Positions 17,721 to 28,700 of a stretch of 41,892 nt of DNA are shown here, piece after piece; the first letter of the stretch is position 1; each line of letters opens with the position of its first letter. The DNA is from an uncultured Lentimicrobiaceae bacterium (GTDB taxonomy: Bacteria > Bacteroidota > Bacteroidia > Bacteroidales > UBA4417): contig CAZBZA010000001.1 of assembly GCA_964495865.1 (NCBI GenBank), positions 1 to 41,892 on the forward strand. Reading direction: 5' to 3'. A model generated the notes under the pieces. That model was not told the origin of the DNA, ran no database searches, and saw only the letters and a program-made list of their open reading frames with translations. Both the position numbers and the translations under genes were made by a program.

Positions 17721-20228
17721 ATGAACAAGCGATTTATAGTTTTACTCTTAGCTTTTGCCTTCACGGGTACCATAGCTCAGGCTCAGATAAACCAGGCTGA
17801 TAAACTTTATAAAAGTTACAGCTATTCAATGGCTATTCCTCACTATCTGAAAGTTGCCCAAAACCCAAAGGATGCCAACTATAACAATGCAGTTGTTAGG
17901 CTCGCCGATTGCTACCGCATGGTTAACGATCAGCTGAATGCTAAAGCATGGTATGCCAAAGCTGTTACCCTGCCGAATACTGAAAGCATAAACTGGTTTT
18001 ATTATGGTGAAGCACTTCGTTGTGCGCAGGAATACGATCTTGCAAAAGAAGCTTATCTTACCTATGCTTCGCTGAATAAAGATGATTTGCGCGGAGCTGA
18101 TTTTGCCGCTTTTTGCGATGATATTCCACGATTGAATGATATTCCTGCCAGTTTCGAAATAAAAAATGTGCCTGTTCTGAATTCCGAAAGATCTGATTTC
18201 GGACCAGCATTTTATAATGGCGGTGTTGTATTTGTTTCGGATAGGCGACAGAATTTTATGGATAATAAAAAATATGAATGGACTAGTTTCAATTACCTCG
18301 ACCTGTTTTTTGCTACACCCCGATACCTCGAAGAATTTTTCCAGGAAATGAATGAACCTAAAGCTTTTACAGGAAAGTTTAATCAAACTTACCACGATGG
18401 TCCGGCTTCGTTTGCACGTCACGACAGTTTGATCTATTTTACACGCACTGATAAAGGCAAAGAGGGAAAAGATGCTGATAACTTCCGGACCGACCGCCTT
18501 AAGATATTTTGGGCTAAGTACAATGGTTCCTGGTCGAAAACAGAAGCATTCTTCTTGAATTCCGATACTTATTCCGTAGGTCATCCGGTACTTACACCTG
18601 ATGGCAATACCTTGTTTTTTGTGTCGGATATGCCCGAAAGTATGGGAGGAACAGATATTTTCACTTGCAAATGGAATGGCCGCGAATGGGATCAGCCTGT
18701 AAATCTCGGACCGGAAGTTAACTCAACTGGCGACGAAATGTTTCCTTCGGTCAGCGGCGATAACCTCTATTTTGCATCGAATGGTATTGCCGGATTTGGT
18801 GGTCTCGATCTTTTTCGATCCACTTTAACCAAAGGGAAATGGTCGAAAGCTGAAAACCTCGGACAACCAATTAACTCATCGTTCGATGATTTTGCAATGA
18901 TCCTCGATCCACGCAGCAAGAAAGGTTTTTTTAGTTCGAACCGCCCCGGAGGTCTTGGTAGCGACGATATTTACGCTTGCAGGCTTGTTGACAGCAAACC
19001 TAAGAAAAAGAGCGATCTGCTGGCTGCTGAAACGGATTCGCTTACTACGACAATCACTGGTTTTGTAAAAGAAAAACAATCATTGAAACCCATGCCGGGA
19101 AGCACTGTTTTTCTGCTGAATACACAAACTGAGAAAGTACAGGTGCTTAAAACTGATGCCGATGGACGTTTCACAGCACTTATAAGCAAAGGTGTTTTTT
19201 ATGTAGTGAAAGGAATGGAGAATAATTACGTATCCGATTGTATCAATTTTAAATTCGAAACAACTGATACTTCCCGCTTTGTAGATACTCCCCGCGATTT
19301 ACTGCTCGATCGACTGGAAGTGAACAAAATATTCTCAGTAAACAATATGGACTATTCCATCGAAACCATATACTACGATTTCGATAAGTGGTTTATCCGT
19401 TCCGATGCCGAAAAAGAGCTTGACAGATTGGTTCAGCTGATGAAGGAAAATCCTGTGAATGTGGAACTTGGATCTCATACTGACAGTCGTGGAAGCCGCG
19501 AATATAATATTGATCTCTCTCAGAAACGAGCCGAATCAGCCGTGCGTTACATTGTACTTCAGGGTATCAATGCTTCACGCATCTCCGCAAAGGGATATGG
19601 TGAATCACAACTAATGAACGAATGTTCCGATGGTGTGCCTTGTTCACCGGCAAAGCACCAGGCTAACAGGCGCACGGAGTTTAAGGTAACGGGTTTCACG
19701 GAATCGGAAGCAAATTCCGTTTACGATATGAGCAAATTTAAAGGAGATGAAGAAATACCTTCATATATATTTGACCGCGATTTCTTTATTAATTGCCTTC
19801 AGGAAAAGAAAATGGCAAAATATGCCACTGAAACTTCTGAACAAAATTTAAATATCCCTGCAGTGGAAGAATCCAGGCAAATAGTAACAAAACCTGAAGT
19901 CGAAGAAGAAGTATTTGTTAAAGAAACGAAACCAGCCGTTGCAAAACAACCTGAAGTAAAAACCAGCGCCAAACCCGGAGTAGTAACATACAGGGTTCAG
20001 CTAATGGCGCTGTCGCGCGAAAAATCATTGCTCGACCGCGAATTCGAAGTGCTGGAGGATGTTCAGATTTATATAGAAGACGGTTTGTATAAATATACAT
20101 CAGGTGTATTTGATACACACGAGGAAGCCCTCGACTATCGCAGTGAGATGGTGCAACTTGGCTACCGCGATGCCTTTGTCGTAACTTTTTCGAATGGCAA
20201 ACGGATTTATGTAAGTGCTTCGTTCTGA
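17721..20228 (+). CDS. OmpA-family protein with TPR, PD40/TolB-like beta-propeller, CarboxypepD_reg-like, OmpA and C-terminal SPOR-like domains
   Basis: OmpA motifs are GSHTDSRGS, NIDLSQKRAESA and NRRTEFKV. PD40-like repeats include PVLTPDGNTLFFVSD and PSVSGDNLYFASN. The tail YRVQLMALS...YKYTSGVFDTHEEALDYRSEM...GYRDAFVV resembles SPOR. Confidence 0.8.
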   Translation: MNKRFIVLLLAFAFTGTIAQAQINQADKLYKSYSYSMAIPHYLKVAQNPKDANYNNAVVRLADCYRMVNDQLNAKAWYAKAVTLPNTESINWFYYGEALRCAQEYDLAKEAYLTYASLNKDDLRGADFAAFCDDIPRLNDIPASFEIKNVPVLNSERSDFGPAFYNGGVVFVSDRRQNFMDNKKYEWTSFNYLDLFFATPRYLEEFFQEMNEPKAFTGKFNQTYHDGPASFARHDSLIYFTRTDKGKEGKDADNFRTDRLKIFWAKYNGSWSKTEAFFLNSDTYSVGHPVLTPDGNTLFFVSDMPESMGGTDIFTCKWNGREWDQPVNLGPEVNSTGDEMFPSVSGDNLYFASNGIAGFGGLDLFRSTLTKGKWSKAENLGQPINSSFDDFAMILDPRSKKGFFSSNRPGGLGSDDIYACRLVDSKPKKKSDLLAAETDSLTTTITGFVKEKQSLKPMPGSTVFLLNTQTEKVQVLKTDADGRFTALISKGVFYVVKGMENNYVSDCINFKFETTDTSRFVDTPRDLLLDRLEVNKIFSVNNMDYSIETIYYDFDKWFIRSDAEKELDRLVQLMKENPVNVELGSHTDSRGSREYNIDLSQKRAESAVRYIVLQGINASRISAKGYGESQLMNECSDGVPCSPAKHQANRRTEFKVTGFTESEANSVYDMSKFKGDEEIPSYIFDRDFFINCLQEKKMAKYATETSEQNLNIPAVEESRQIVTKPEVEEEVFVKETKPAVAKQPEVKTSAKPGVVTYRVQLMALSREKSLLDREFEVLEDVQIYIEDGLYKYTSGVFDTHEEALDYRSEMVQLGYRDAFVVTFSNGKRIYVSASF

Positions 20229-20253
20229 TTGATTTACAGTTATTTTTTATACT

Positions 20254-20294
20254 AATAGCGGGATGGTTTCGAAATCATCCCGCTATTATTTTGT
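20254..20294. terminator. Bidirectional hairpin terminator between convergent genes
   Basis: AATAGCGGGATG (20254-20265) pairs with CATCCCGCTATT (20276-20287) in a perfect 12-bp stem. It is followed by ATTTTG and preceded by a T/A-rich run. Confidence 0.75.
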
Positions 20295-20295
20295 A

Positions 20296-20982
20296 CTATG
20301 ATTCAAATAGTTTTTTTACGAGTGCAGGAACTCCGGTGCTGGCAGGTTCGCGGATTACAGTGAGATTTTTAACACCACTCAGCATCTCTGCTTGAGGATC
20401 AATCAGATATACGGGCGTTCCGGGTTTGATGTAATAAACAAGCCCGGCTGCCGGATACACATTTAATGATGTGCCGATTACAATAAAAATGTCAGCCTGA
20501 GCTGAAAGTTCCATTGCTTTTTCAATCATTGGCACTGCTTCCCCAAACCATACTATATGCGGGCGGAGTTGCGAACCCTTTTCGCAAAAATCACCTTTTT
20601 TTAATTCCCACCCTTCCAATTCATAAATAAGGGTGTCGTCAACTGTACTTCTTACCTTCTTAAGCTCGCCATGCAGGTGCAGGACATTTCGCGATCCGGC
20701 CTGTTCGTGAAGGTCATCCACATTTTGCGTAATAATACGAACATCAAATTTTTTCTCAAGTTCAACCAAAGCATTGTGTCCTTTGTTAGGTTTTACTTCG
20801 TACAACTGTTTGCGTCGCTGATTGTAAAAATCAAGTACAAGCCCTGGATTGCGCTGCCAGGCATCAAACGTAGCAACATCTTCAATGCGGTGCTCTTCCC
20901 ATAATCCATCGGAATCACGAAAAGTCCGGATACCGCTCTCGGCACTTATTCCGGCACCGGTAAGGACTACAATTTTTTTCAT
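20296..20982 (-). CDS. cobB: NAD-dependent protein deacylase (Sir2 family)
   Basis: Motifs GAGISAESGIRTFRDSDGLWE, QNVDDLHE, LHG and VIGTS are present. Confidence 0.88.
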   Translation of the reverse strand: MKKIVVLTGAGISAESGIRTFRDSDGLWEEHRIEDVATFDAWQRNPGLVLDFYNQRRKQLYEVKPNKGHNALVELEKKFDVRIITQNVDDLHEQAGSRNVLHLHGELKKVRSTVDDTLIYELEGWELKKGDFCEKGSQLRPHIVWFGEAVPMIEKAMELSAQADIFIVIGTSLNVYPAAGLVYYIKPGTPVYLIDPQAEMLSGVKNLTVIREPASTGVPALVKKLFES

Positions 20983-21156
20983 ATTTCTATGGTTATAATT
21001 ATTGACAGAAGGACAAGGTATATGGCTAAACTAAGAATGTTCTCAGGCAGTTAAGCGCAAGATAATCAGAAAATTATCAATTTGGAGTTTTCTTAGTTGA
21101 ATTTGTCAGATGGTACTACAATTATTTTCGAATTTACTTCTTTTAGTAATTGGGGC

Positions 21157-21189
21157 AAAAAAAAGCACCCTCCAGAAATGAAGAGTGCT
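21157..21189 (-). terminator. Rho-independent terminator of mdh
   Basis: The minus strand reads AGCACTCT-loop-AGGGTGCT followed by T8. Confidence 0.75.
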
Positions 21190-21212
21190 GTAAAATTAAT
21201 ACAAAACTATTT

Positions 21213-22157
21213 TTAATCCTCGAAAATATGCATATTATCGAGAGAATCCATCATGCCTTTTACTGATGCGGCTGATTCTTCCAAAAGTTTTTTCTCGTTT
21301 TTGTCGAGCTTCAGTTCGATAACTTCTTCAATACCTTGTGAGCCTAAGCGCACAGGAACACCAAGGAAAACATCTTTCAGGCCGTATTCGCCATTCAGTT
21401 TGGTGCAAACCGGGAAAATACGTTTCTGGTCGTCAACAATAGCCTCAACCATCTGTGCAGCAGCCGCTCCCGGGGCATACCAGGCGGAGGTTCCCATCAG
21501 GTTCACCAGTTCGCCGCCACCTTTGCGGGTACGCTCAACAATTTTGTCAATTTCTTCCTTGTTCAGTAGTTCTGTAATAGGGATACCGCCAACAGAAGTG
21601 TAGCGAGGCAATGGAACCATTGTGTCGCCGTGTCCGCCAAGCAACATTGAGTGAACATCTTTTGGTGAAAGGTTCAGCGCTTCTGCAATAAAACTGCGAT
21701 AACGACCGGTATCAAGAATTCCGGCCATTCCAAACACTTTGCGCTCATCCTTGAGTGCTGCTTTATAAGCACAGTATGTCATTACATCAAGCGGATTCGA
21801 TACAATAATAATAATGGCTTCGGGCGAATACTTGATTACCTTTTCGGTAACATCTTTTACAATCAGAGCGTTGGTTTTAATTAAATCGTCGCGGCTCATT
21901 CCCGGTTTACGTGGCAGTCCTGAGGTAATAACTACTACTCCCGAACCTTTGGTTTTAAGATAGTCGTTGGTGACTCCCACCACATGGGTGTTAAAGTTGT
22001 TGATTGACGAAGTTTGCCAGATATCGAGGGCTTTGCCTTCAGCAGTCCCTTCTTTAATATCGACCAGTACAACCTGGCGTGCCAGATCTTTGTGTGCAAC
22101 TACATTGGCAACAGTGGCGCCTACGTTTCCGGCTCCGATAACGGTTATTTTTTTCAT
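21213..22157 (-). CDS. mdh: Malate dehydrogenase (LDH-like MDH family)
   Basis: Motifs MKKITVIGAGNVGATVA, GLPRKPGMSRDDL, VSNPLD and LLGGHGDTMVP are present. Confidence 0.92.
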   Translation of the reverse strand: MKKITVIGAGNVGATVANVVAHKDLARQVVLVDIKEGTAEGKALDIWQTSSINNFNTHVVGVTNDYLKTKGSGVVVITSGLPRKPGMSRDDLIKTNALIVKDVTEKVIKYSPEAIIIIVSNPLDVMTYCAYKAALKDERKVFGMAGILDTGRYRSFIAEALNLSPKDVHSMLLGGHGDTMVPLPRYTSVGGIPITELLNKEEIDKIVERTRKGGGELVNLMGTSAWYAPGAAAAQMVEAIVDDQKRIFPVCTKLNGEYGLKDVFLGVPVRLGSQGIEEVIELKLDKNEKKLLEESAASVKGMMDSLDNMHIFED

Positions 22158-22304
22158 TTTTTTATAATGTTTCTTTGTTTAATGAAAATTCAACGACAGC
22201 TAAATTAGTAAACATTTACTATGTTGTATATTTCATGTGTGAAAATATTTAAATAAATGTTTGTTTGTGTGTTAAGTATCATTAAATCTGTATTATAGGT
22301 TCAA

Positions 22305-24587
22305 TTATTTTTGTTTATTGCTCTCATGATTTTGTGCATCTATAACTGCAATGGCTGTCATATCAACAATTTCGTTAACACTTGAGCCCATCTGAAGTAC
22401 ATGAATGGATTTATCGAGCCCCATTAATATGGGTCCGATTGCTTCGGCTCCGGCAAGTTCCTGTATGAGTTTATACGCGATATTGCCTGCTGTAAGGTAT
22501 GGGAATATCAGGGTATTGGCAGGAGCTCCGGCCAGTTTGCTGAAAGGGAAATGCTCAGTAAGCATTTCATTATTAATAGCAAAATTCGCCTGCATATCGC
22601 CGTCAACTATCAGATCGGGATGATCGCGGTGAAGAATGGAAACAGCTTCGCGAACTTTAATCGGAATATTGCCCTCCACGGATCCGAAGTTGGAATAGGA
22701 AAGCATTGCAATGCGTGGTTCAATATTAAATGCCTTTACAGCTTGCGCAGTTTGCACAGCTATATCAGCAAGCGTTTCAGCAGTAGGGTTCATGTTTACG
22801 GTTGTATCAGCAAAAAAGAATGGCCCCTTTTTTGTAAACATAATATACATGGCTGATATAACACTGGCACCTTTCTTTTTACCAATGATGCGCAGTGCCG
22901 GACGGATGGTTTCAGGATAATTGGTTGTTAAACCGGAAATCATGGCATCGGCATAACCGTTTTCGACCATGCTGGGTGCGAAATAATTCCTGTGGCTCAT
23001 ATAATCAAGAGCCAATTGCGAATTTACACCTCTTCGTTGCCTTTTGTTGTAATACTGACTGGCGAACAATTCGCGCATTTCAAGCTGTTCTTTTTTGGTT
23101 GGATCAATTATTTCAACACCGGGCAGTTCAAGGTCGTATTGTTCAATCAAGCTATCAATAATTCGTTTTTTACCTAATAATATTGGTATAGCAATTCCTT
23201 CTTCCAGTACAATTTCTGCAGCTTTCAGAACTTTGTAATTTTCAGCTTCAGCATACACAACCCTCTTCGGATTAGCCTTTGCTCTAGCTTTGATTTGTTT
23301 TATCAAAGGATTGGTAAGTCCAAGCCGTTTGTTGAGTTCTGCTTCATAAGCTGTCCAGTCGGTGATTGGTTTTCGTGCTACCCCTGTTTCCATTGCGGCT
23401 TTGGCAACAGCTGTGGCAACATAAATTATCAATCGCGGATCGCTGGGTTTGGGTATTATGTATTCGTTTCCAAATTTCAGGTTTTTAGTGTTGTAAGCAA
23501 TGTTAACTTCTTCCGGAACAGGCATTTTAGCCAGGTCAGCGAGCGCATATGCAGCAGCAAGTTTCATTTCTTCGTTAATGGCTCTTGCTCTTACATCCAA
23601 AGCGCCACGGAACACATATGGAAACCCCAGTACATTATTAACCTGGTTAGGGAAATCGCTGCGACCGGTACCCATTATAATATCTGTTCGTGCTTCGGTT
23701 GCTTCGGTGTATGATATTTCCGGAACAGGATTGGCAAGTGCAAAAACAATTGGGTTTGGCGCCATTTTCATCAGCCAATCGCGTTTTAAAGCACCGGCAA
23801 CTGACAATCCAAGGAACATATCAGCACCATCAAGAGCTTGTTCGAGCGTATCAATATCATGATCAGTTACAAATTCGGCTTTATATTTATTCAGATCGGT
23901 CCGTTTGCGGTTTATAACGCCCTTGCTGTCGAGCATGATAATGTTCTCTTTTAGGGCGCCCAGCTTCACATAAAGACGGGTACACGAAATAGCCGCCGCA
24001 CCTGCCCCGCTGATAACTATTTTCAGGTCCTCAATTTTTTTGCCATTAAGTACCAAAGCATTCAATAATCCGGCTGAAGTAATAATTGCTGTTCCATGCT
24101 GATCGTCGTGCATTACCGGAATATCGAGTTCGGCTTTGAGCCGCTCCTCGATTTCGAAACATTCGGGGGCTTTAATGTCTTCCAGGTTTATACCTCCAAA
24201 CGTTGGTGCAATGGCTTTGGCAACTGCTACAAACTTGTCGATGTCCTTTTCATTCACTTCAATATCAAAAACATCAATATCAGCGAATATTTTAAAGAGC
24301 AAACCTTTCCCTTCCATTACAGGCTTGCCGGCTTCAGGGCCAATATCGCCCAGGCCAAGTACTGCAGTGCCATTCGAAATTACAGCTACCAGATTGCCTT
24401 TGGCTGTATATTTATACACATCTTCAGGGTTTGCATGTATTTCGAGGCAGGGCTCAGCTACTCCAGGTGAATAGGCAAGTGAAAGATCGCGTTGTGTACT
24501 GTGTGGTTTGGTAGGCACAACTTCAATTTTCCCAGGGCGACCTTCGGAATGATAGGTGAGTGCGTTTTTCTGAATGGATGTTTTCAT
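22305..24587 (-). CDS. maeB: NADP-dependent malic enzyme with a C-terminal phosphate acetyltransferase-like domain
   Basis: A 760-aa ORF. The N-terminal malic enzyme motifs are [22 protein letters not shown] and HDDQHGTA. The C-terminal half is PTA-like. Confidence 0.9.
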   Translation of the reverse strand: MKTSIQKNALTYHSEGRPGKIEVVPTKPHSTQRDLSLAYSPGVAEPCLEIHANPEDVYKYTAKGNLVAVISNGTAVLGLGDIGPEAGKPVMEGKGLLFKIFADIDVFDIEVNEKDIDKFVAVAKAIAPTFGGINLEDIKAPECFEIEERLKAELDIPVMHDDQHGTAIITSAGLLNALVLNGKKIEDLKIVISGAGAAAISCTRLYVKLGALKENIIMLDSKGVINRKRTDLNKYKAEFVTDHDIDTLEQALDGADMFLGLSVAGALKRDWLMKMAPNPIVFALANPVPEISYTEATEARTDIIMGTGRSDFPNQVNNVLGFPYVFRGALDVRARAINEEMKLAAAYALADLAKMPVPEEVNIAYNTKNLKFGNEYIIPKPSDPRLIIYVATAVAKAAMETGVARKPITDWTAYEAELNKRLGLTNPLIKQIKARAKANPKRVVYAEAENYKVLKAAEIVLEEGIAIPILLGKKRIIDSLIEQYDLELPGVEIIDPTKKEQLEMRELFASQYYNKRQRRGVNSQLALDYMSHRNYFAPSMVENGYADAMISGLTTNYPETIRPALRIIGKKKGASVISAMYIMFTKKGPFFFADTTVNMNPTAETLADIAVQTAQAVKAFNIEPRIAMLSYSNFGSVEGNIPIKVREAVSILHRDHPDLIVDGDMQANFAINNEMLTEHFPFSKLAGAPANTLIFPYLTAGNIAYKLIQELAGAEAIGPILMGLDKSIHVLQMGSSVNEIVDMTAIAVIDAQNHESNKQK

Positions 24588-25065
24588 TTTTTCTTATGAT
24601 TTGTTAATAGTGTTCAGTTGGAATAAGCAATCGTCAAAACTGTTTTCTTTTTCTTTATTTGTTCGCTTCATGGCTGCGAGGATAACTTTTTGTTTATCAA
24701 AATAATAAACACAGTTGTTCGGTAATGCAAAGTAACAAATAAAAGTGAGGTTCCGATTATGAAATATGCTTAATTTGAAGTTATAGGCACTATTTGAAAT
24801 GTATCTAAATTAACACCTGTCTCAATGGCTGTGTGCAAACCTTCTTTCGGGTTGTATGATAGTCCAACAGGTTTGGCGCCCTCGTTAGGATGAGCTTTTG
24901 TTGTTCCCCGTAAATGACTACTTTTGCTGACGTTTCTGAAATACACGGGTTAGTAATTTAATCCGGTATTTTAATTCAACTGAAGCGAAATCTCCTTGTA
25001 CTGTGATTTTTGCAGTATTATCACTTTGGTTGAAATGTTTTCTTACCTCAATAAATTAGTTTGTT

Positions 25066-25650
25066 ATGTATTCGTTTATCGAAGGGAAAATTGCCGATCT
25101 CAATCCTACTAATGCTGTGCTCTCTTGCCAGGGTGTTGGTTATTCCATCAATATTTCCTTAAACACATTTACCCAGATCAGCGGAAAGGAATCGTGCCGC
25201 CTGCACACCCATTTGGTTGTGCGTGAAGATGCATTGATCTTGTATGGATTTGCGGATACCGGCGAACGGCATGTTTTTCAGCAACTTATATCTGTCTCGG
25301 GAGTAGGTCCGAACACTGCAAGGCTTATACTATCTTCTCTCACGTCCTCAGAAGTTGCTGATGCTATTGCCACAGAAAATGTTAAATTGCTTCAATCGAT
25401 TAAAGGCATTGGCGGAAAATCGGCCTTGCGGATTATTATTGACCTGAAGGATAAAATAATGAAAGATCTACCTGCCGGCGAAAATTTACTTGCCTCGCAC
25501 AATACTGGCAAATATGAAGCGTTATCTGCTTTAGTAATGCTGGGTTTTAACAAACCGATTGCCGAGAAAGCCCTTGACCAGGTAATTAAGGCAAACGGGG
25601 GTGCGTTACCGGTTGACCAACTCATTAAAAATGCGCTCAAAATACTCTGA
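25066..25650 (+). CDS. ruvA: Holliday junction branch migration protein RuvA
   Basis: Motifs MYSFIEGKI, GVGY-I, LISVSGVGPNTA and SIKGIGGKSA (helix-hairpin-helix motifs) are present. Confidence 0.92.
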   Translation: MYSFIEGKIADLNPTNAVLSCQGVGYSINISLNTFTQISGKESCRLHTHLVVREDALILYGFADTGERHVFQQLISVSGVGPNTARLILSSLTSSEVADAIATENVKLLQSIKGIGGKSALRIIIDLKDKIMKDLPAGENLLASHNTGKYEALSALVMLGFNKPIAEKALDQVIKANGGALPVDQLIKNALKIL

Positions 25651-25713
25651 TAGAGTTTTTAGTTTGCATTTTAATGGCATTTCAGAACAATAATCTAATC
25701 AGCTAACCTTTAC

Positions 25714-28700
25714 TTGTTGGCTTTGCACGAAAAAGAATTCAGCAGATTGAAGAAATATATCCGATACACATTCCGGCTTTCTTTTTTCACTATCCTTATT
25801 TCTCTTATTTGGGGAGTAAGTGCTTCGCGTGGCATTTACCCCCGTGATCTTGAACAGGGGCGCTTTTTGGCTCCACCCGATACTACAGGTCCCGATACTA
25901 CTCTTCGTTTCCCGCTTAAAGGCAGCGAAAACCCTTACGAAGTTACTCCTACAGGCGGTTTGTACCTCGATAATCCTTCGAACCTGAAACAGGACGTTAT
26001 TTACGATCCGGTTAATAACGAATATACAATAACCAATAAGATAGGGAGTATCGATTATCTGAAACCGGCTTCCATGTCGTTTGATGAATACCGAAACTGG
26101 GATACCCGCCGCGCTCTCGACAATTACTGGCGCGAAAGGGCCAACACTTCTGCCGCGGCTACAAGGCTGGGCGTTATTCCTCAGTTAAAAGTAGGCGGCG
26201 AATTATTCGACCGTGTTTTTGGTGGCAATACCATCGATATCAGGCCTCAGGGTAGTGCCGAGCTTATCTTCGGCGTAATTTCCAATCGCCGCGACGACCC
26301 ATTTATCAGCCAGCAATTGAGGCGCACCACGAACTTCGATTTCGACATGCGCATACAAATGAGTATCCTTGCTAAAATCGGCGATAAAATTGAATTCAAT
26401 ACCAACTACAATACAGAGGCTACATTTGATTTCGAGAATAAACTGAAACTCAAATACGAAGGTAAAGAAGATGAAATTATCAAGCTTATCGAAGCCGGCG
26501 ATGTTAACATGCCGATTAACAGTTCGCTCATTACCGGTAGTCAAAGCCTTTTCGGTCTAAAAACACAGCTTCAGTTTGGTAAAGCCACGGTAACCAGTGT
26601 TTTCTCGCAGCAACAAAGCCAGGTCGAAAATATTACCGTTCAGGGTGGAGCACAAACCCAGGAATTTTCGACCCGTGCCCTCGATTATGAAGAAAACAGG
26701 CACTTCCTTCTGGCGCAGTATTTCCGCGATGAATATGGTAACGCCCTTGCAACGCTTCCTGTAGTTACTTCAAATATTAAAATTACTAAGATTGAAGTCT
26801 GGATTACCAATATCGGATCAGCAGTTACCGAAAATAGAAATATTGTTGCATTTCAGGATTTGGGCGAAAGAAATCCTTACAACCAAAACATTCATCCTTC
26901 TACTCAGCAGCCATATCCGGATAACGAAGCCAACGACCTGCTTTTTCTGCTCGATACAACTCTAGTACGTGATAATACTAAAGTGAGTAAATACCTTACC
27001 GAAGAAAAAGGATTTGTATCAGGTGTTGATTATATGCATGTTACGAGTGCCCGTAAGCTTACGAACTCCGAATTTATGTACAACAGCTTGTTGGGTTTTA
27101 TTTCGCTCAATTCATCAATAAATCCAGATCAGACACTTGCAGTTGCCTATCAGTATCAATTAATAGGTGACGATAAAATTTACCAGGTTGGTGAATTTGC
27201 AAATCAGGTTTCTCCGGCAGCTAGTTGTATTATGGTGAAACTACTTAAAAGCACTGCTACAAATACCCGCGTTCCGTTGTGGAACCTGATGATGAAAAAT
27301 GTTTATAATTTAGGGGCTTACAATATCAACCGCGACGATTTCCTGCTCAATATCCTTTATTCAGGTAACAGCAGTTCAGTCCCAACTGGTTTCTTTACTA
27401 CCGGTCCCGAAGGCATAAAAGGGATTCCTCTTCTTCAGATCTTTGGGTTGGATAACCTCGATCCGCAGCTTAACCCGCCCCATGACGGTGTTTTCGATTT
27501 TATCGATGAAGCAGCCCGCAACGGAGGTACTATTCAATCGTCGAACGGCAGGATATTTTTCCCTGTTCTTGAACCTTTTGGTAGTTATCTGCGTGAGAAA
27601 ATCAATGACAAAGCCTTCGCTGACAAGTATTGTTACGACTCGCTTTATACCATGACCAAAACAGGAGCACAGCAGTTTCCTGATAAAAACAAATACCTGA
27701 TTGAAGGAGAGTATAAGTCGGAGTCGGGTTCCGAAATATCACTCAACGCAATGAATGTTCCCCAGGGTTCGGTTATGGTTACTGCAGGTGGAGTACAACT
27801 GGTAGAAGGTTCCGATTATACTGTCGATTATACGCTTGGTAGGGTTAAAATTATAAACGAAGGTATCCTTAACTCAGGTACACCTATTAATATCAAGCTG
27901 GAGAATAACTCGATGTTCAATGTTTTCAGCCAGACGTTGCTTGGAACCCATGTCGATTATAAAGTAAATAATAACCTTTTGTTAGGAGGAACCATTCTGC
28001 ATCTTTACGAAAGGCCGATAACGCAAAAAACCAATTATGGTGACGAGCCAATATCGAACACCATATGGGGCGGAAGTGTCAATTACCAGAAAAACTCTGC
28101 GTTTATTACCAAAATGGTTGATAAGCTTCCTTTTTACAGCACAAAAACTCCGTCGAAACTCCGCCTCGACGCTGAATTTGCCCAGTTTATTCCGGGTCAT
28201 TCCAAAGCTGTGGGTTCGGCAGGTACTTCCTATATCGATGATTTCGAAGGAGCAAAATCAACAATTTCGCTAACCAATATTGCTTCCTGGTCCATTGCCA
28301 GTACCCCGCAGGGTCAAACTTCACGCCTTATGTTTCCCGAAGCGGCTCCCGGAACCGAGCTGGCTTATGGGTACAACAGGGCTTTACTGGCCTGGTACAC
28401 TATTGATCCTACGGTTTTTTACAATAAAACCAGTAATAACAAACCTCCTAATATCTATCCTGATGAGCTTTCGCGAAATTCAGTCCGTGTTATTTACGAA
28501 AACGAATTATTCCCCAACAAGCAAAACGAATACAACCAGCCACTGAATATTAATATTTTCAATGTATCCTTTTTCCCAACCCAACGAGGACCTTATAATT
28601 ATGATGTTGAAGGGAAAACAAATATTTCGAAAGGTATTGATGTTACAGGTGCGCTCCTTGAACCGGATACCCGCTGGGGAGGTATAATGCGTAAAATGGA

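Noticed and set aside
17826-18584. 252-aa ORF on the minus strand
   Set aside because: It is antisense to the OmpA/PD40 gene. It is rich in Ile/Phe/Lys, as expected from reading an AT-rich gene backwards, and shows no family signature.
22405-24474. Series of plus-strand ORFs (72-139 aa) across the maeB locus
   Set aside because: All overlap the well-supported minus-strand malic enzyme CDS. They have no motifs and are shadow ORFs.
24588-25065. 478-bp spacer between maeB and ruvA as a possible ncRNA or riboswitch
   Set aside because: Only short, weak stems are visible (CAAACC/GGTTTG and CCCGT/ACGGG). I could not recognise SRP RNA, RNase P, tmRNA, 6S RNA or riboswitch signatures by eye. A covariance-model scan would be needed.
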